In this document: positions 15,548 through 24,000 of the stretch, one piece after another
How the letters are laid out: every line of letters begins with the position of its first letter
Position numbering within the stretch: the first letter of the stretch is position 1
Source: Bacillus sp. FJAT-49736
Lineage (GTDB): Bacteria; Bacillota; Bacilli; Bacillales; Bacillaceae_C
Assembly: GCF_018343615.1 (NCBI RefSeq)
Contig: NZ_JAGYPI010000002.1
Span: forward strand, 57,562 to 81,561
DNA: 24,000 nucleotides
Reading direction: 5' to 3'
The notes under the pieces: generated by a model
Seen by the model: the letters and a program-made list of their open reading frames with translations, nothing else
Database searches by the model: none
What the model was told of the DNA's origin: nothing
Position numbers and translations under genes: made by a program

Positions 15548-18500
15548 TTGAATTCAATTATTAATTTTTGCATGAAAAATAAGTTTGCGGTATGGCTCTT
15601 AACTATCATTGTCGTCGCTGCAGGCTTATATTCCGGCGTTAGAATGAAGTTGGAGACCATTCCTAATATTACGGCGCCAGTCATCATGGTTTCCACTGTG
15701 TATCCAGGGGCAACTCCCGATGATATCGCAGAAAAAGTAACGAAACCAATCGAACAAAGAATTAAAAATCTCCCGGGTGTTGATGTTGTCACCTCCACAT
15801 CCTCCCAAAATGTTTCATCCATTCAAGTCCAATATCAATATTCAAAAGACATGGATAAAGCCGAAACAGAAGTAAAAGAAGCAGTTTCAGAGGTGACATT
15901 ACCGGATAAGGTGCAAGCACCAAAAGTATCAAAATTTAATTTTAATGAGTTTCCTATCCTATCTTTAAGTATTACCAATAGCAAGCAGTCACTTGAAGAA
16001 TTGACGAAAACTGTAGAAGAAGATATTGTCCCTTCATTAGAAGGAATTGACGGTGTCGCTCAGGTTCAGGCTTCTGGGCAATATGAGAAGGAAGTTGATA
16101 TTACATTCGATAAGAAAAAGCTTGCTAAATACGGTTTAACAGAAGATACTGTAAAACAGCTTATCCAAGGCTCTGACGTATCTGTTCCACTTGGATTGTT
16201 GACATTCGATAAAAATGAAAAAGCGGTTGTGGTAGATGGTAATATCCATTCTATTAACGATCTGAAGAATCTTAAGATTCCATACACCCCACAAGCATCT
16301 ATTAGTGGTCCATCTTCTATAAGTGGACAAACACAGATTGGAAAAACCTCTATGAATGGACAAATGCCTTCTGGGGCAGGTCAAGCAGCCTCCCAACAAC
16401 CGGGCACTACTAGAGGTACTGCAATTACGATTCCAACTGTAAAGCTGGCAGACATTGCCGATGTAAAGATTGTTGGAAAGCATGAATCTATTTCGAAAAC
16501 AAATGGTGAAAACTCTATCGGTGTACAAATCTCAAAGTCATCAGATGCAAATACAGTAGATGTTGCTGATAAAGTTAACCAAAAAATGGATGAACTGAAG
16601 AAAAATCATGATGGCTTAAAAGTAGTCAAAATGTTTGATCAAGCTACACCAATTAAAGATTCGGTCAACACTATGCTTAACAAAGCAATTATTGGTGCTC
16701 TTTTTGCTGTCATCATTATTTTACTATTTTTAAGAGATTTCCGTTCAACTATTATCTCGGTTATTTCTATACCTTTATCCTTATTAATTGCAATACTGTT
16801 GTTAAAGCAAATGGATATTTCACTTAATATGATGACTTTAGGCGCTATGACCGTTGCAATTGGCCGTGTCGTGGATGATTCGATTGTTGTAATCGAAAAT
16901 ATTTACCGAAGAATGTCCTTATCATCAGAAAAACTAAGAGGCATGGATTTAATTCGAGAAGCAACAAAAGAGATGTTTAAACCAATTATGTCCTCGACGA
17001 TTGTAACAATCGCCGTATTTTTGCCGCTTGGTTTAGTAACTGGCATGGTTGGCGAGCTATTCTTGCCATTTGCCTTAACGATTGTATTTGCCTTACTGGC
17101 ATCTTTACTCGTGGCAATTACAATCGTACCAATGTTCGCAAACTCATTATTTAAAGGCGGACTTAAGAAAAAGCATGAACCAGAAAAAGAGCATGGTAAA
17201 ATTGCTTCTTTCTACAAAAAAATATTAAATTGGTCCCTAAACCATAAACTGATTACCTTTGGACTAGCTATATTAATTTTTATCGGAAGCTTACTATTAA
17301 TCCCTGCCATCGGGGTAAGCTTTATTCCATCCGACGAGCAAAAAATGGTGATGGCAACCTATAAGCCGGATCCAGGACAAACAAAAAGTGATGTAGAAAA
17401 GGTTACCTCTCGAGCTGAGAAATACTTTGAAAATCGTGCCGGTGTTAAAAATATTCAATACTCGGTAGGCGCAGATAATCCGATGAATCCAGGCAATAAT
17501 AATTCAGCATTATTTTATGTCGAATACAATAAAGATGCGAAAAACTTTGATAAGGAACCCGAAAAAGTCATTAAGGATTTACAAGCTATGACTAATAAGG
17601 GCGAATGGAAATCACAGAATTTCGCCTCCTCCGGTGGCAGCAACAATTTAGAACTTCTCGTATACGGAGATAATGTAGAGCAAATTAAGCCGGTTATAGA
17701 CAAAATCGAGAACATCATGAAACAAAATAAATCCTTAAAAAATGTGGACTCAAGTCTATCGAAGTCCTACGAGCAATATACGCTTGTTGCTGATCAAAGC
17801 AAGCTTGCAGGATATGGATTAACCGCGGGACAAATTGGAATGCAATTAAATCGTGTTGGTCAAAATCCTGTTTTAACTACTATTCAAAAAGACGGCAAGG
17901 ATCTAAATGTGTATGTAACGGTAGACCAGAAATCGTACAGAGACATCGATGCTCTCACGAATACAAAAGTTAAATCCTCCCTTGGAACAGAAGTTGCCTT
18001 GAAGGATGTTATGAAAGTACAAACAGGGGAATCTCCTGATACCATATCAAGACGTGATGGAAAGATATATGAAAAAGTAAGTGCGGAAATTAAAGGAAAG
18101 GATGTCTCTAAGGTTTCTGCAAACATAAAGAAAAAAGTTGATAAGATTAAGTTGCCTAGTAATGTGGAAGTTTCCATGGGTGGTGTTACGAAGGATATTA
18201 ATGAATCCTTCTCACAACTCGGAATTGCCATGCTAGCTGCAATTGCAATAGTATATTTAGTTCTTGTCATCACCTTTGGCGGAGCAGTTGCACCATTTGC
18301 TATCCTATTCTCACTGCCGTTTACCGTTATCGGCGGACTTGTGGCATTGCTTATTACTGGAGAGACATTAAGTATCTCCTCCATGATTGGGGCGCTTATG
18401 CTAATTGGTATCGTTGTTACCAATGCCATTGTCTTAATTGACCGCGTCATTCATAAGCAAAATGACGGGCTATCGACTCGAGAAGCATTATTGGAAGCCG

Positions 18501-18724
18501 GAGCAACACGGATTCGTCCGATTCTGATGACAGCACTTGCTACCATCGGTGCGTTATTGCCATTGGCATTCGGCTTTGAAGGCAGCGGCCTTATTTCCAA
18601 GGATCTTGGTGTCACAGTAATTGGTGGACTTACCAGCTCGACATTACTAACATTGATCATTGTGCCAGTAGTGTATGAGTTTTTGATGAAGTTTAAAAAG
18701 AAGAAAAAGGTTGTAGAATCCTAA
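15548..18724 (+). CDS. swrC: RND family efflux transporter, SwrC/YerP (AcrB-like)
   Basis: TTG at 15548 after AAGGAG gives MNSIINFCMKNKFAVWLLTIIVVAAGLYSGVRMKLETIPNI, matching the SwrC N-terminus. The track ATG at 15530 lies on the SD. VVDDSIVVIENIYRR and other RND hallmarks present. Confidence 0.93.
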   Translation: MNSIINFCMKNKFAVWLLTIIVVAAGLYSGVRMKLETIPNITAPVIMVSTVYPGATPDDIAEKVTKPIEQRIKNLPGVDVVTSTSSQNVSSIQVQYQYSKDMDKAETEVKEAVSEVTLPDKVQAPKVSKFNFNEFPILSLSITNSKQSLEELTKTVEEDIVPSLEGIDGVAQVQASGQYEKEVDITFDKKKLAKYGLTEDTVKQLIQGSDVSVPLGLLTFDKNEKAVVVDGNIHSINDLKNLKIPYTPQASISGPSSISGQTQIGKTSMNGQMPSGAGQAASQQPGTTRGTAITIPTVKLADIADVKIVGKHESISKTNGENSIGVQISKSSDANTVDVADKVNQKMDELKKNHDGLKVVKMFDQATPIKDSVNTMLNKAIIGALFAVIIILLFLRDFRSTIISVISIPLSLLIAILLLKQMDISLNMMTLGAMTVAIGRVVDDSIVVIENIYRRMSLSSEKLRGMDLIREATKEMFKPIMSSTIVTIAVFLPLGLVTGMVGELFLPFALTIVFALLASLLVAITIVPMFANSLFKGGLKKKHEPEKEHGKIASFYKKILNWSLNHKLITFGLAILIFIGSLLLIPAIGVSFIPSDEQKMVMATYKPDPGQTKSDVEKVTSRAEKYFENRAGVKNIQYSVGADNPMNPGNNNSALFYVEYNKDAKNFDKEPEKVIKDLQAMTNKGEWKSQNFASSGGSNNLELLVYGDNVEQIKPVIDKIENIMKQNKSLKNVDSSLSKSYEQYTLVADQSKLAGYGLTAGQIGMQLNRVGQNPVLTTIQKDGKDLNVYVTVDQKSYRDIDALTNTKVKSSLGTEVALKDVMKVQTGESPDTISRRDGKIYEKVSAEIKGKDVSKVSANIKKKVDKIKLPSNVEVSMGGVTKDINESFSQLGIAMLAAIAIVYLVLVITFGGAVAPFAILFSLPFTVIGGLVALLITGETLSISSMIGALMLIGIVVTNAIVLIDRVIHKQNDGLSTREALLEAGATRIRPILMTALATIGALLPLAFGFEGSGLISKDLGVTVIGGLTSSTLLTLIIVPVVYEFLMKFKKKKKVVES

Positions 18725-18761
18725 GAACGAAATGGCTGTCCGATAAGTCCTTAAAATAAGT

Positions 18762-18794
18762 AGGTGGAGAAAAGCGAATCGTTTTTCTCCACCT
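18762..18794. terminator. Terminator downstream of swrC
   Basis: AGGTGGAGAAAA / TTTTCTCCACCT 12-bp stem, followed by a T-rich region. Confidence 0.75.
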
Positions 18795-18928
18795 GCTATT
18801 ATATTTTTTCTGTTATTCCCTGAAAGTAGCTGGCGGATTCCTGTTACTTTCAAGTAATGCCGAAAATTCAGTATCCTGTACATTATCCAGTAAAAAACTA
18901 TATCCATCATCCTTTAAGAAATAATAAA

Positions 18929-19050
18929 GGGGCCGTCCAGAAAGTCTGTTTTTGAGGAAAAAGTACATAAAGAAACCCAAGAATGTTGATTTTATACCAT
19001 TCTTGGGTTTTACTATATTATCAAGTTGAAATACCTTTTCAGACAACCTC
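18929..19050. repeat. Possible 122-bp MITE-like element or IS remnant
   Basis: Imperfect terminal inverted repeats GGGGCCGTCCAGAAAG / revcomp GAGGTTGTCTGAAAAG (11/16 matches), with an internal 13-bp hairpin. Confidence 0.3.
18973..19010. terminator. Terminator-like hairpin downstream of the amino-acid ABC genes
   Basis: Perfect 13-bp arms AAACCCAAGAATG / CATTCTTGGGTTT, 12-nt loop. Confidence 0.6.
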
Positions 19051-19053
19051 TAT

Positions 19054-19731
19054 TTATATATCCATTTCATATCTTTTTTCCATAAAATCCTGGAGTAAGG
19101 AAATCAATGTACAAACTCCCCAGTAAATTAAGGCAACTAATATGTACACCGTCATATAATCAAATTCTCTTCCGCCGACTATTTTCGCCTTTTGAAACAT
19201 TTCCGGCACGGTTATCATCGCTGCAAGCGAAGTACCTTTTGTTAAATCTAGAAATACATTAAAAAGCGGTGCAATGGCAATCCTTGTACCCTGCGGAAGG
19301 ATTATTCTTCTCATTGTTTGCCAGTAAGAAAAACCAAGTGACGCAGCAGCTTCCCACTGTCCTTTTTGAACAGAAGAAATGGAAGAACGCCAAATTTCTG
19401 CCATAAATGCTGCACTGTTCAGTGTAAAACCAATAATGGCTGCTGTTACAGCTGAAAATTCTATCCCAACAATCGGTAGACCATAAAATAGTAGAAACAA
19501 TAATACTAAAATTGGAACTCCACGCATAAACGAGATATACAACCGTGCTGGCCATCTTAATAAGCGATTCTTAGATGTTCTTGCCAAGGATAAGAAAAAG
19601 CCAAGGACAAGCCCAAACGCCATACTAACAAAAGATAGCAACATCGTATAGCCAATGCCTTGGAGTATGTAAGGGAAGGACTTAATAGCCAATTTCACAT
19701 TAAAAAAATATTCCCATTGAATACTGTCCAC
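19054..19731 (-). CDS. Amino-acid ABC transporter permease (YckA-like)
   Basis: 225 aa. GIGYTMLLSFVSMAFGLVLGFFLSLAR... SFMRGVPILVLLFLLFYGLP...GQWEAAASLGFSYWQTMRRIILPQGTRIAIAPL (EAA motif). Confidence 0.9.
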   Translation of the reverse strand: MDSIQWEYFFNVKLAIKSFPYILQGIGYTMLLSFVSMAFGLVLGFFLSLARTSKNRLLRWPARLYISFMRGVPILVLLFLLFYGLPIVGIEFSAVTAAIIGFTLNSAAFMAEIWRSSISSVQKGQWEAAASLGFSYWQTMRRIILPQGTRIAIAPLFNVFLDLTKGTSLAAMITVPEMFQKAKIVGGREFDYMTVYILVALIYWGVCTLISLLQDFMEKRYEMDI

Positions 19732-19749
19732 TTATCCTTCCCTCCAATC

Positions 19750-20601
19750 CTATTTTGAAAATTTGATATTCGGCTTTTTCGAGACATCCTCACCGCCGAA
19801 GAATTTCTTCGACAGTTCCGTAATCGTTCCGTCTTCCTTCATTTTTGCAAGAGCGCCATCGATTTTTTTCTTTAATTCCTGATTATCCTTTTTCATGATC
19901 ATTCCCCCATTGCTAGGTGAAAAACGAATGTGAGGCTCTATCATTATATTTAATTTAGAATAATAGGCAATCGCAAGCTTTTGTAGATAATAGTCATTTA
20001 AAATGACATCCGTTCTGCCAGTTGAAACATCTCTTAGGTATTGATCATTCGTTGCGTTGTCATAAATAACTTCTTCGGCACCATGCTTGCGGGCAATCGC
20101 CATATAAGTTGTAGTAGCTTCACCAGCTGCTTTTTTTCCTTTTAAATCTTCTAAAGAATGTATGCCAGAGCTGTCACTTTTTCGAACAATGGCAGAACCA
20201 AAGGAATATTTATATGGAGTAGAAAAGGCAAATTTCTTTTCTCGATCCTTTGTAATGGCAATGTCGTTTGCCGCAAGATCTACTTTTCCGCTATTAACGG
20301 ATGTAAGCATACCATCAAATCCCATTTCTACAAACTTCACTTTCAAGCCAAGTCTTTTCGCTACTTCACGAACTACCTCCACATCATAGCCCGTTAGTTT
20401 ATCAGAATTGGAATCATGAAAAGAAGCAGGATAAAGAGTTCCAGATGTTGCCACGGTAAGTTCACCCTTCTTCTCTATTTTATCCCATGCTGATTGCTTT
20501 TGATTTTCTGCTTTATTGCCTCCACATGCTGCAGTTATCAGCATTACCGCTACAAGAAGCAGTATAATAGGAAGGCGTTTAATAGTATGTACTTTTAACA
20601 T
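19750..20601 (-). CDS. Amino-acid ABC transporter substrate-binding lipoprotein (YckB-like)
   Basis: 283 aa. Lipobox ITAACGG, WDKIEKKGELTVATSGTLYPASFHDSNSDKLTGYDVEVVREVAKRLGLKVKFVEMGFDGMLTSVNSGKVDLAANDI. Confidence 0.92.
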   Translation of the reverse strand: MLKVHTIKRLPIILLLVAVMLITAACGGNKAENQKQSAWDKIEKKGELTVATSGTLYPASFHDSNSDKLTGYDVEVVREVAKRLGLKVKFVEMGFDGMLTSVNSGKVDLAANDIAITKDREKKFAFSTPYKYSFGSAIVRKSDSSGIHSLEDLKGKKAAGEATTTYMAIARKHGAEEVIYDNATNDQYLRDVSTGRTDVILNDYYLQKLAIAYYSKLNIMIEPHIRFSPSNGGMIMKKDNQELKKKIDGALAKMKEDGTITELSKKFFGGEDVSKKPNIKFSK

Positions 20602-20696
20602 GCTATGTCCCCCAATATTATTATTTCAGCTTAAAACATAGCATTGAACTTGGAATTATGCAATGGTAATATTATTAGACAGAATTTTAGAATTAT

Positions 20697-20726
20697 AAAG
20701 GCCAATTCAGCATTGAATTGGCCTTT
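20697..20726. terminator. Terminator downstream of the copA-linked gene
   Basis: AAAGGCCAATTCA / TGAATTGGCCTTT perfect 13-bp stem with a 4-nt loop. Confidence 0.65.
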
Positions 20727-20729
20727 CCT

Positions 20730-21536
20730 TTATTTAATTTCTACAACAAACGGAAAGGTTCGTACTTTCCCATTTTGTTTGAATTCTGTCCAGATTTTAT
20801 ATTTCCCAGGCTTTGCAAATTCTGTTTCAAATACAGGATCCACTTCATTTTTGGGGTGGACATGAATATATTTTTCGCCATCTTCATCCAGAATGACGAC
20901 ATGTCCAACCGCGCCTAAATAAGGTTCAAGCTGACTTCTATCTAGTTCAAATGTTAAAGTTACTGGTTTGGATGCTTGCATTGTATTCAACTTTAATGAC
21001 ACTGTTTGGTGATCTACTGTTTTTGTTAAAGATTTATCAGCAACAAGAGAAGCATGATTATGTGTTCCAGCTTCATGACCAACTTGGAATGAAACAGGTT
21101 CAACATTATAAGCTAAATCCTTCGGCTTAATATCAATGAATGCTTTATAAGTGCCATCTGGCAACGCTTTTTTTATGCTGAATTCCCCATTTTCAAGCTG
21201 CTTCGGATGCAAATGATAAAAGTGCTGCAATGAATTATCCACAATAATTAAATGAAGCAGCTTCTCGTGATTTACCTCTAAATCTCTCCCTGTTTTCCCT
21301 TTTAAATCCTTAATAGATAGGGTCATTAAACCATTCGAATAGTTTAAGGCTGTTTGTACCTCGCTTTTACCATGTGAATCTTCATGCATATGGCTCATAC
21401 CTTCATCCGGATGGTTCATATCAGCTTGAGTTTTATCGGTAAAAAATTGCGCATATGCTGTATAGCCCCCAATAACAATGGCTAAGTATAAAATAGCTGC
21501 AACGGCCCATTTTTTCACGTTCAACACATCCCTCAT
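20730..21536 (-). CDS. Membrane-anchored exported protein of unknown function, His/Met-rich, coupled to copA
   Basis: 268 aa. N-terminal TM, then [85 protein letters not shown]. Overlaps the copA stop by 4 nt. Confidence 0.75.
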   Translation of the reverse strand: MRDVLNVKKWAVAAILYLAIVIGGYTAYAQFFTDKTQADMNHPDEGMSHMHEDSHGKSEVQTALNYSNGLMTLSIKDLKGKTGRDLEVNHEKLLHLIIVDNSLQHFYHLHPKQLENGEFSIKKALPDGTYKAFIDIKPKDLAYNVEPVSFQVGHEAGTHNHASLVADKSLTKTVDHQTVSLKLNTMQASKPVTLTFELDRSQLEPYLGAVGHVVILDEDGEKYIHVHPKNEVDPVFETEFAKPGKYKIWTEFKQNGKVRTFPFVVEIK

Positions 21537-23974
21537 AGTTTAACTCTCTGTAACCGCAGTGCATTTAAAACAACGGAAACAGAACCAAATGCCATGGCGG
21601 CACCAGCCAACCATGGTGCCAGGAACCCTAATGCTGCAATAGGGATTCCGAGTGTATTATAAGCAAAGGCCCAGAACAGGTTTTGTTTAATATTGCGGAT
21701 TGTTTTTCTGCTCATAATGATAGCTTCAGCAATCGAATTTAAATTACCGCGCATTAGTGTAATATCAGCAGCTTCCATTGCGATGTCTGTACCAGTCCCA
21801 ATGGCCATACCTATATCAGCTGTTGCAAGAGCTGGCGCATCATTTAATCCGTCTCCCACCATGGCAACCACCTTCCCTTGTTCTTGAATTTTCTTCACTT
21901 CAGCGGCTTTACCTTCAGGGAGTACCTCTGCAATGACAGAGTCAATTCCAACCTCCCTTGCAATAGCTTGGGCAGTTCGCTCATTATCTCCTGTAATCAT
22001 GACGACCTCGAGACCAAGATTCTTTAATTGAGTAATTGCTTGTTGGGAGGATTCTTTTACGGTATCTGCTACAGCGACAATTCCAGAGTATGATCCATTA
22101 ATGGCCACCAACATGGCTGTTTTTCCATGCTCCTCCAAATGAACCATAGTTTTTTCATTTGCTTCTCCAATTTGTATATGATGCTTAGCCATTAGTTTGC
22201 GTGTACCGATCATTACAACCTGTTGATTAATGGTTGCTTGGATACCATAGCCAGGTATAGCTTCAAATTCCTCAGCTGGAAGCAAGGTAATATCGCGATC
22301 TCTAATGCCTTGCACAATTGCCTCAGCAAGCGGATGCTCGGATTTTTTTTCTGCAGAGCCAACAAGCTGTAAAAATTCCTCTTCATTCTGATTGCTTTCT
22401 ATAAAAACATTCGTTAAAACTGGCTTCCCATTTGTTACTGTCCCTGTTTTATCCAATAAAACAGTAGTAATTCGATGAGTTTGTTCAAGATGCTCTCCGC
22501 CTTTAAATAAAATCCCCGCCTCTGCTGCACGTCCTGATCCAGCCATGATAGAAGTTGGTGTAGCTAAGCCTAATGCACATGGACATGCTATTACTAATAC
22601 TGCAATTAGCTTTTCTAGTGCAATAGTAAACTCACCGGGGCTGATAAATAGGAACCACACAAGGAACGTAATTGCTGCTAATCCTACAACAATTGGAACA
22701 AAAATACCGGAAATTTGGTCGGCTAGTCTTTGAATTGGCGCTTTGGATCCCTGTGCTTCTTCTACTACTTTGATGATTTGTGCTAAGGCTGTATCTCTTC
22801 CAACCTTTGTTGCCTTCATTTTTATAAATCCATTTTTATTAATGGTTGCTCCAAATACCATATCACCGATCATTTTGTCCACAGGTACACTTTCGCCTGT
22901 TAGCATGGATTCATCAATGGCAGACTGTCCCTCCAGAATCTCCCCATCGACTGGAACTTTTTCACCAGGCTTTATTAGAATGAGGTCACCTTGTATAACT
23001 TCTTCCAGAGGTATTTCTATTTCTTTTCCGTCTCTTAAAACAGTTGCTGTATTCGCTTGCAGTCCCATCAGTTTTTTTATCGCTTCAGAAGAACGTCCTT
23101 TTGCACGAGCTTCAAACAGTTTTCCTAAAATGATTAAGGTAATGAGGATCGCACTAGTTTCAAAATAAAGCTCTGGCATATGACTGTCCGACCAAATAGA
23201 TCGAATGATAGAATACACGCTGTATAAATAAGCCGCTGAAGTTCCTAATGCAACCAACACATCCATATTGGCACTCTTATTTCTCAGTGCCTTATATGCT
23301 CCAACATAAAACTGCTTCCCTATGATGAATTGGATGGGGGTGGCTAAAGCGAACTGAACCCAGGGGTTCATAAATGCATCTGGTAAATAGATGAACGATG
23401 TAAAGGAAAAATGACTAACCATCGCCCATAATAACGGGATGGACAATATAAGCGAAAAAACAAACTTGCCTTTTTGCTTTGTAATTGCCATTTCTCGATA
23501 GTCTAGTGTTTCTTCCTTGTTATCTTCTCTCAGAAAAGCTTGATAGCCAAGCTTCTCTACTTTCTCTATCATATCCTGTAATGTAGCCTGTTCGGAAAGA
23601 TGCTCGACAGTAGCTGTCTCTAATGTTAGGTTAACGGAAGCGTTCGTTACTCCAGAAATCTTTTTCAATCCTTTTTCAATCCTAGTTGCACATGCTGCAC
23701 ACGTCATTCCCACAATGTGAAGTTCTACTTTTTGAGTTGCAATACCATATCCTAATGCCTCAATTTTCTTCTCGACATTTTCCATATTTGTTATATCACT
23801 ATCAAATTTTACGGTAGCCTTTTCAAGGGCAAGATTGACAGTAGCGTTCTCAATACCCTCCAGCTTGTTTAGGCCTCTTTCAATTCTTGTTGCGCAAGCT
23901 GCACAGGTCATACCTGTAATTGGTAATTGAATTTCCTTCAATGTTGCCTGAGTCACTTTATCCACCTTCTTCAT
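21533..23974 (-). CDS. copA: Copper-translocating P1B-type ATPase CopA, two N-terminal HMA domains
   Basis: 813 aa. Two [13 protein letters not shown] motifs, CPC in [23 protein letters not shown] motif (SEHPLAEAI), [16 protein letters not shown] at 23956 after AAGGTGG is a plausible true start. Confidence 0.96.
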   Translation of the reverse strand: MKKVDKVTQATLKEIQLPITGMTCAACATRIERGLNKLEGIENATVNLALEKATVKFDSDITNMENVEKKIEALGYGIATQKVELHIVGMTCAACATRIEKGLKKISGVTNASVNLTLETATVEHLSEQATLQDMIEKVEKLGYQAFLREDNKEETLDYREMAITKQKGKFVFSLILSIPLLWAMVSHFSFTSFIYLPDAFMNPWVQFALATPIQFIIGKQFYVGAYKALRNKSANMDVLVALGTSAAYLYSVYSIIRSIWSDSHMPELYFETSAILITLIILGKLFEARAKGRSSEAIKKLMGLQANTATVLRDGKEIEIPLEEVIQGDLILIKPGEKVPVDGEILEGQSAIDESMLTGESVPVDKMIGDMVFGATINKNGFIKMKATKVGRDTALAQIIKVVEEAQGSKAPIQRLADQISGIFVPIVVGLAAITFLVWFLFISPGEFTIALEKLIAVLVIACPCALGLATPTSIMAGSGRAAEAGILFKGGEHLEQTHRITTVLLDKTGTVTNGKPVLTNVFIESNQNEEEFLQLVGSAEKKSEHPLAEAIVQGIRDRDITLLPAEEFEAIPGYGIQATINQQVVMIGTRKLMAKHHIQIGEANEKTMVHLEEHGKTAMLVAINGSYSGIVAVADTVKESSQQAITQLKNLGLEVVMITGDNERTAQAIAREVGIDSVIAEVLPEGKAAEVKKIQEQGKVVAMVGDGLNDAPALATADIGMAIGTGTDIAMEAADITLMRGNLNSIAEAIIMSRKTIRNIKQNLFWAFAYNTLGIPIAALGFLAPWLAGAAMAFGSVSVVLNALRLQRVKL

Positions 23975-24000
23975 TTTTACCAGAGGTTATTTTCGCCTCG

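Noticed and set aside
17884-18450. 188-aa minus-strand ORF inside swrC
   Set aside because: Antisense to well-conserved RND coding sequence; the translation is compositionally typical of a shadow frame.
18813-19046. 77-aa minus-strand ORF
   Set aside because: Spans a terminator hairpin and the putative inverted-repeat element; no convincing domain. Kept as an intergenic repeat question only.
20638-20720. Repeated AGCATTGAA words upstream of the yckB-like gene, considered as a regulatory repeat
   Set aside because: One copy belongs to the terminator stem of the neighbouring gene; two short 9-mers in AT-rich DNA are not convincing.
1-24000. Search by eye for a defence island, toxin-antitoxin, phage, CRISPR, retron or BGC
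   Set aside because: Almost all substantial ORFs match chromosomal core-type families. No reverse transcriptase, nuclease, integrase or transposase ORF and no regularly spaced repeats were seen. An XRE-HTH gene alone is not evidence for a TA or phage system.

Overview
The window is a Bacillaceae-type chromosomal segment, mostly ordinary housekeeping, sporulation and envelope genes. I see no phage, CRISPR array, BGC or defence island. From left to right: a perfect-core FadR-type operator at the left edge; a YuzL-like mini-gene, a YusN-like coat gene and a CotF-family gene; a GerA-type A+C germination pair with no B subunit; two SEDS (RodA/FtsW) paralogues bracketing a thioredoxin-like gene; an LCP-family gene; two XRE-HTH+DUF1232 paralogues bracketing ytaF; mgtE; a coat-like gene; a SigB-like promoter with an lmo0937-like mini-gene; a small alarmone synthetase and TetR regulator divergent from a SwrC/YerP-type RND pump; a YckB/YckA-like ABC pair; and copA with a coupled His/Met-rich exported protein. 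The most interesting locus is the ~500-nt leader of mgtE on the minus strand. It has an M-box (ykoK) magnesium aptamer, a strong terminator, and then an unannotated 37-codon ORF beginning M-D-E-D-P. That ORF overlaps two mutually exclusive RNA helices, one of which masks the mgtE Shine-Dalgarno. This suggests a second, translation-based Mg2+ sensing layer analogous in logic to enterobacterial mgtL. The layout is read directly from sequence; the mechanism is inference.
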